NCBI GenBank assembly: GCA_963846725.1
Contig: CAWJXP010000037.1
Location: 1 to 64,000 of the forward strand
Length of the DNA stretch: 64,000 bases
Direction of reading: 5' to 3'
Source of the DNA: an uncultured delta proteobacterium
Lineage (GTDB): Bacteria; Desulfobacterota; Desulfomonilia; Desulfomonilales; Desulfomonilaceae
The translations under genes were made by a program, and so were the position numbers. Below the pieces are notes generated by a model. That model saw only the letters and a program-made list of their open reading frames with translations, ran no database searches and was not told where the DNA came from. Below, piece after piece: positions 63,304 to 64,000 of the stretch; position 1 is the stretch's first letter; each line of letters begins with the position of its first letter.

Positions 63304-64000
63304 ATGCATCATTTCAGTTACCAGGACAACGAACTTTATTGCGAACGGGCCCCAGTTAGCCGAATAGTTGCAGAATTCGGAACCCCTCTTTTCATCTACA
63401 GCCGCAGGACACTGGAAAGGCATTTCAGGACTTTCGAAGCCCCTTTCCTTGATGTCCCTCACGTGATCTGTTTTTCAATGAAAGCCTGTTCAAACCTTGC
63501 GATCCTGAAGATCTTCGGGAATTTGGGCGGTGGAGTTGACATCGTATCGGGCGGCGAGCTTTTCAGAGCGCTTAGAGCGGGAGTTCCTCCTTCCAAGATT
63601 GTTTACTCCGGTGTCGGTAAAAAAGCGTATGAGATAGATGAAGCGCTTCATGCTGATATATTGATGTTCAACGTGGAATCTGAAGAGGAACTCGGTCTGC
63701 TCAATCAGAGAGCCACTGCCATGGGCACGCGAGCCAGGGTAGCGCTGCGTGTCAATCCTGATGTAGATCCGTTGACTCACCCTTATATTTCTACTGGTTT
63801 GAAATCCAACAAATTCGGTGTTCAGATTGAACAGGCCAGAGAGATTTATCAAAAGGCAAAACGATACGGCGCTATAGACCCCATAGGGGTTGACTGCCAC
63901 ATCGGAAGCCAGTTGACTGAGTTGGCTCCTTTCCTGGAAGCGGTTTCAATACTCAGAAACACTTTTAGAGAACTTGAGGGCTGATGGAATTGACATCAAG
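63304..64000 (+). CDS. lysA: diaminopimelate decarboxylase, 3'-truncated by the window edge
   Basis: GTPLFIYS, the PLP-binding Lys region CFSMKAC, and HIGSQ are typical of LysA. Confidence 0.9.

Noticed and set aside
1-64000. CRISPR arrays, tRNA or rRNA genes, IS elements or integrases.
   Set aside because: I saw no regularly spaced direct repeats of 24-40 bp, no cloverleaf-like conserved tRNA boxes in the intergenic regions, and no transposase- or integrase-like ORFs. The only sizeable repeat is the tandem MBL gene duplication.

Overview
This 64-kb window is a chromosomal segment from an anaerobic bacterium (GC about 50%) whose gene content resembles Desulfobacterota/Syntrophia-type or related anaerobes. 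I call about 55 protein-coding genes and find no rRNA, tRNA, CRISPR array, transposase or integrase. The most notable locus is at 19977-24479: a molybdopterin-oxidoreductase (acetylene-hydratase-like) domain fused in frame to a NifS-type cysteine desulfurase, followed by an EgtD-type histidine N-alpha-methyltransferase. This matches the architecture of the recently reported metallopterin-dependent ergothioneine synthase (MES) plus hercynine-forming methyltransferase. Gene order along the window is as follows. A 5'-truncated cbiA fragment and a DinG-family helicase. An Mla/MCE lipid-transport operon (STAS-MlaE fusion, MlaF, MlaD, auxiliary lipoprotein). A single-domain response regulator translationally coupled to glgC. 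An alpha/beta hydrolase and a REC-GGDEF diguanylate cyclase. A C_GCAxxG_C_C protein, a membrane protein, chrA, and an nfeD/flotillin pair. A tungsten-type aldehyde:ferredoxin oxidoreductase with its Fe-S subunit. A tandemly duplicated MBL-fold hydrolase gene, then the MES/egtD locus. An AT-rich island with a Cys-rich ORFan, then uvrC. A small HTH protein upstream of the four-subunit pyruvate:ferredoxin oxidoreductase porGDAB. An HdrD/DsrK-like and NarI/DsrM-like pair, and an orphan ABC-type AAA ATPase. ilvC, an N-terminally extended cysE, and ssb. An Opp/Dpp-type peptide ABC transporter. A GT1/GT28 glycosyltransferase, gdhA, hypFCDE, and rpsT. A secreted TPR/CHAT-like protein, an HD hydrolase, and a Zn-ribbon methyltransferase. 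argBDFGH, an FN3 lipoprotein, and the start of lysA. At least 17 conserved genes are split by single-step frame changes. This points to indel errors in the sequence, or less likely pseudogenisation, and means all affected coordinates are approximate.
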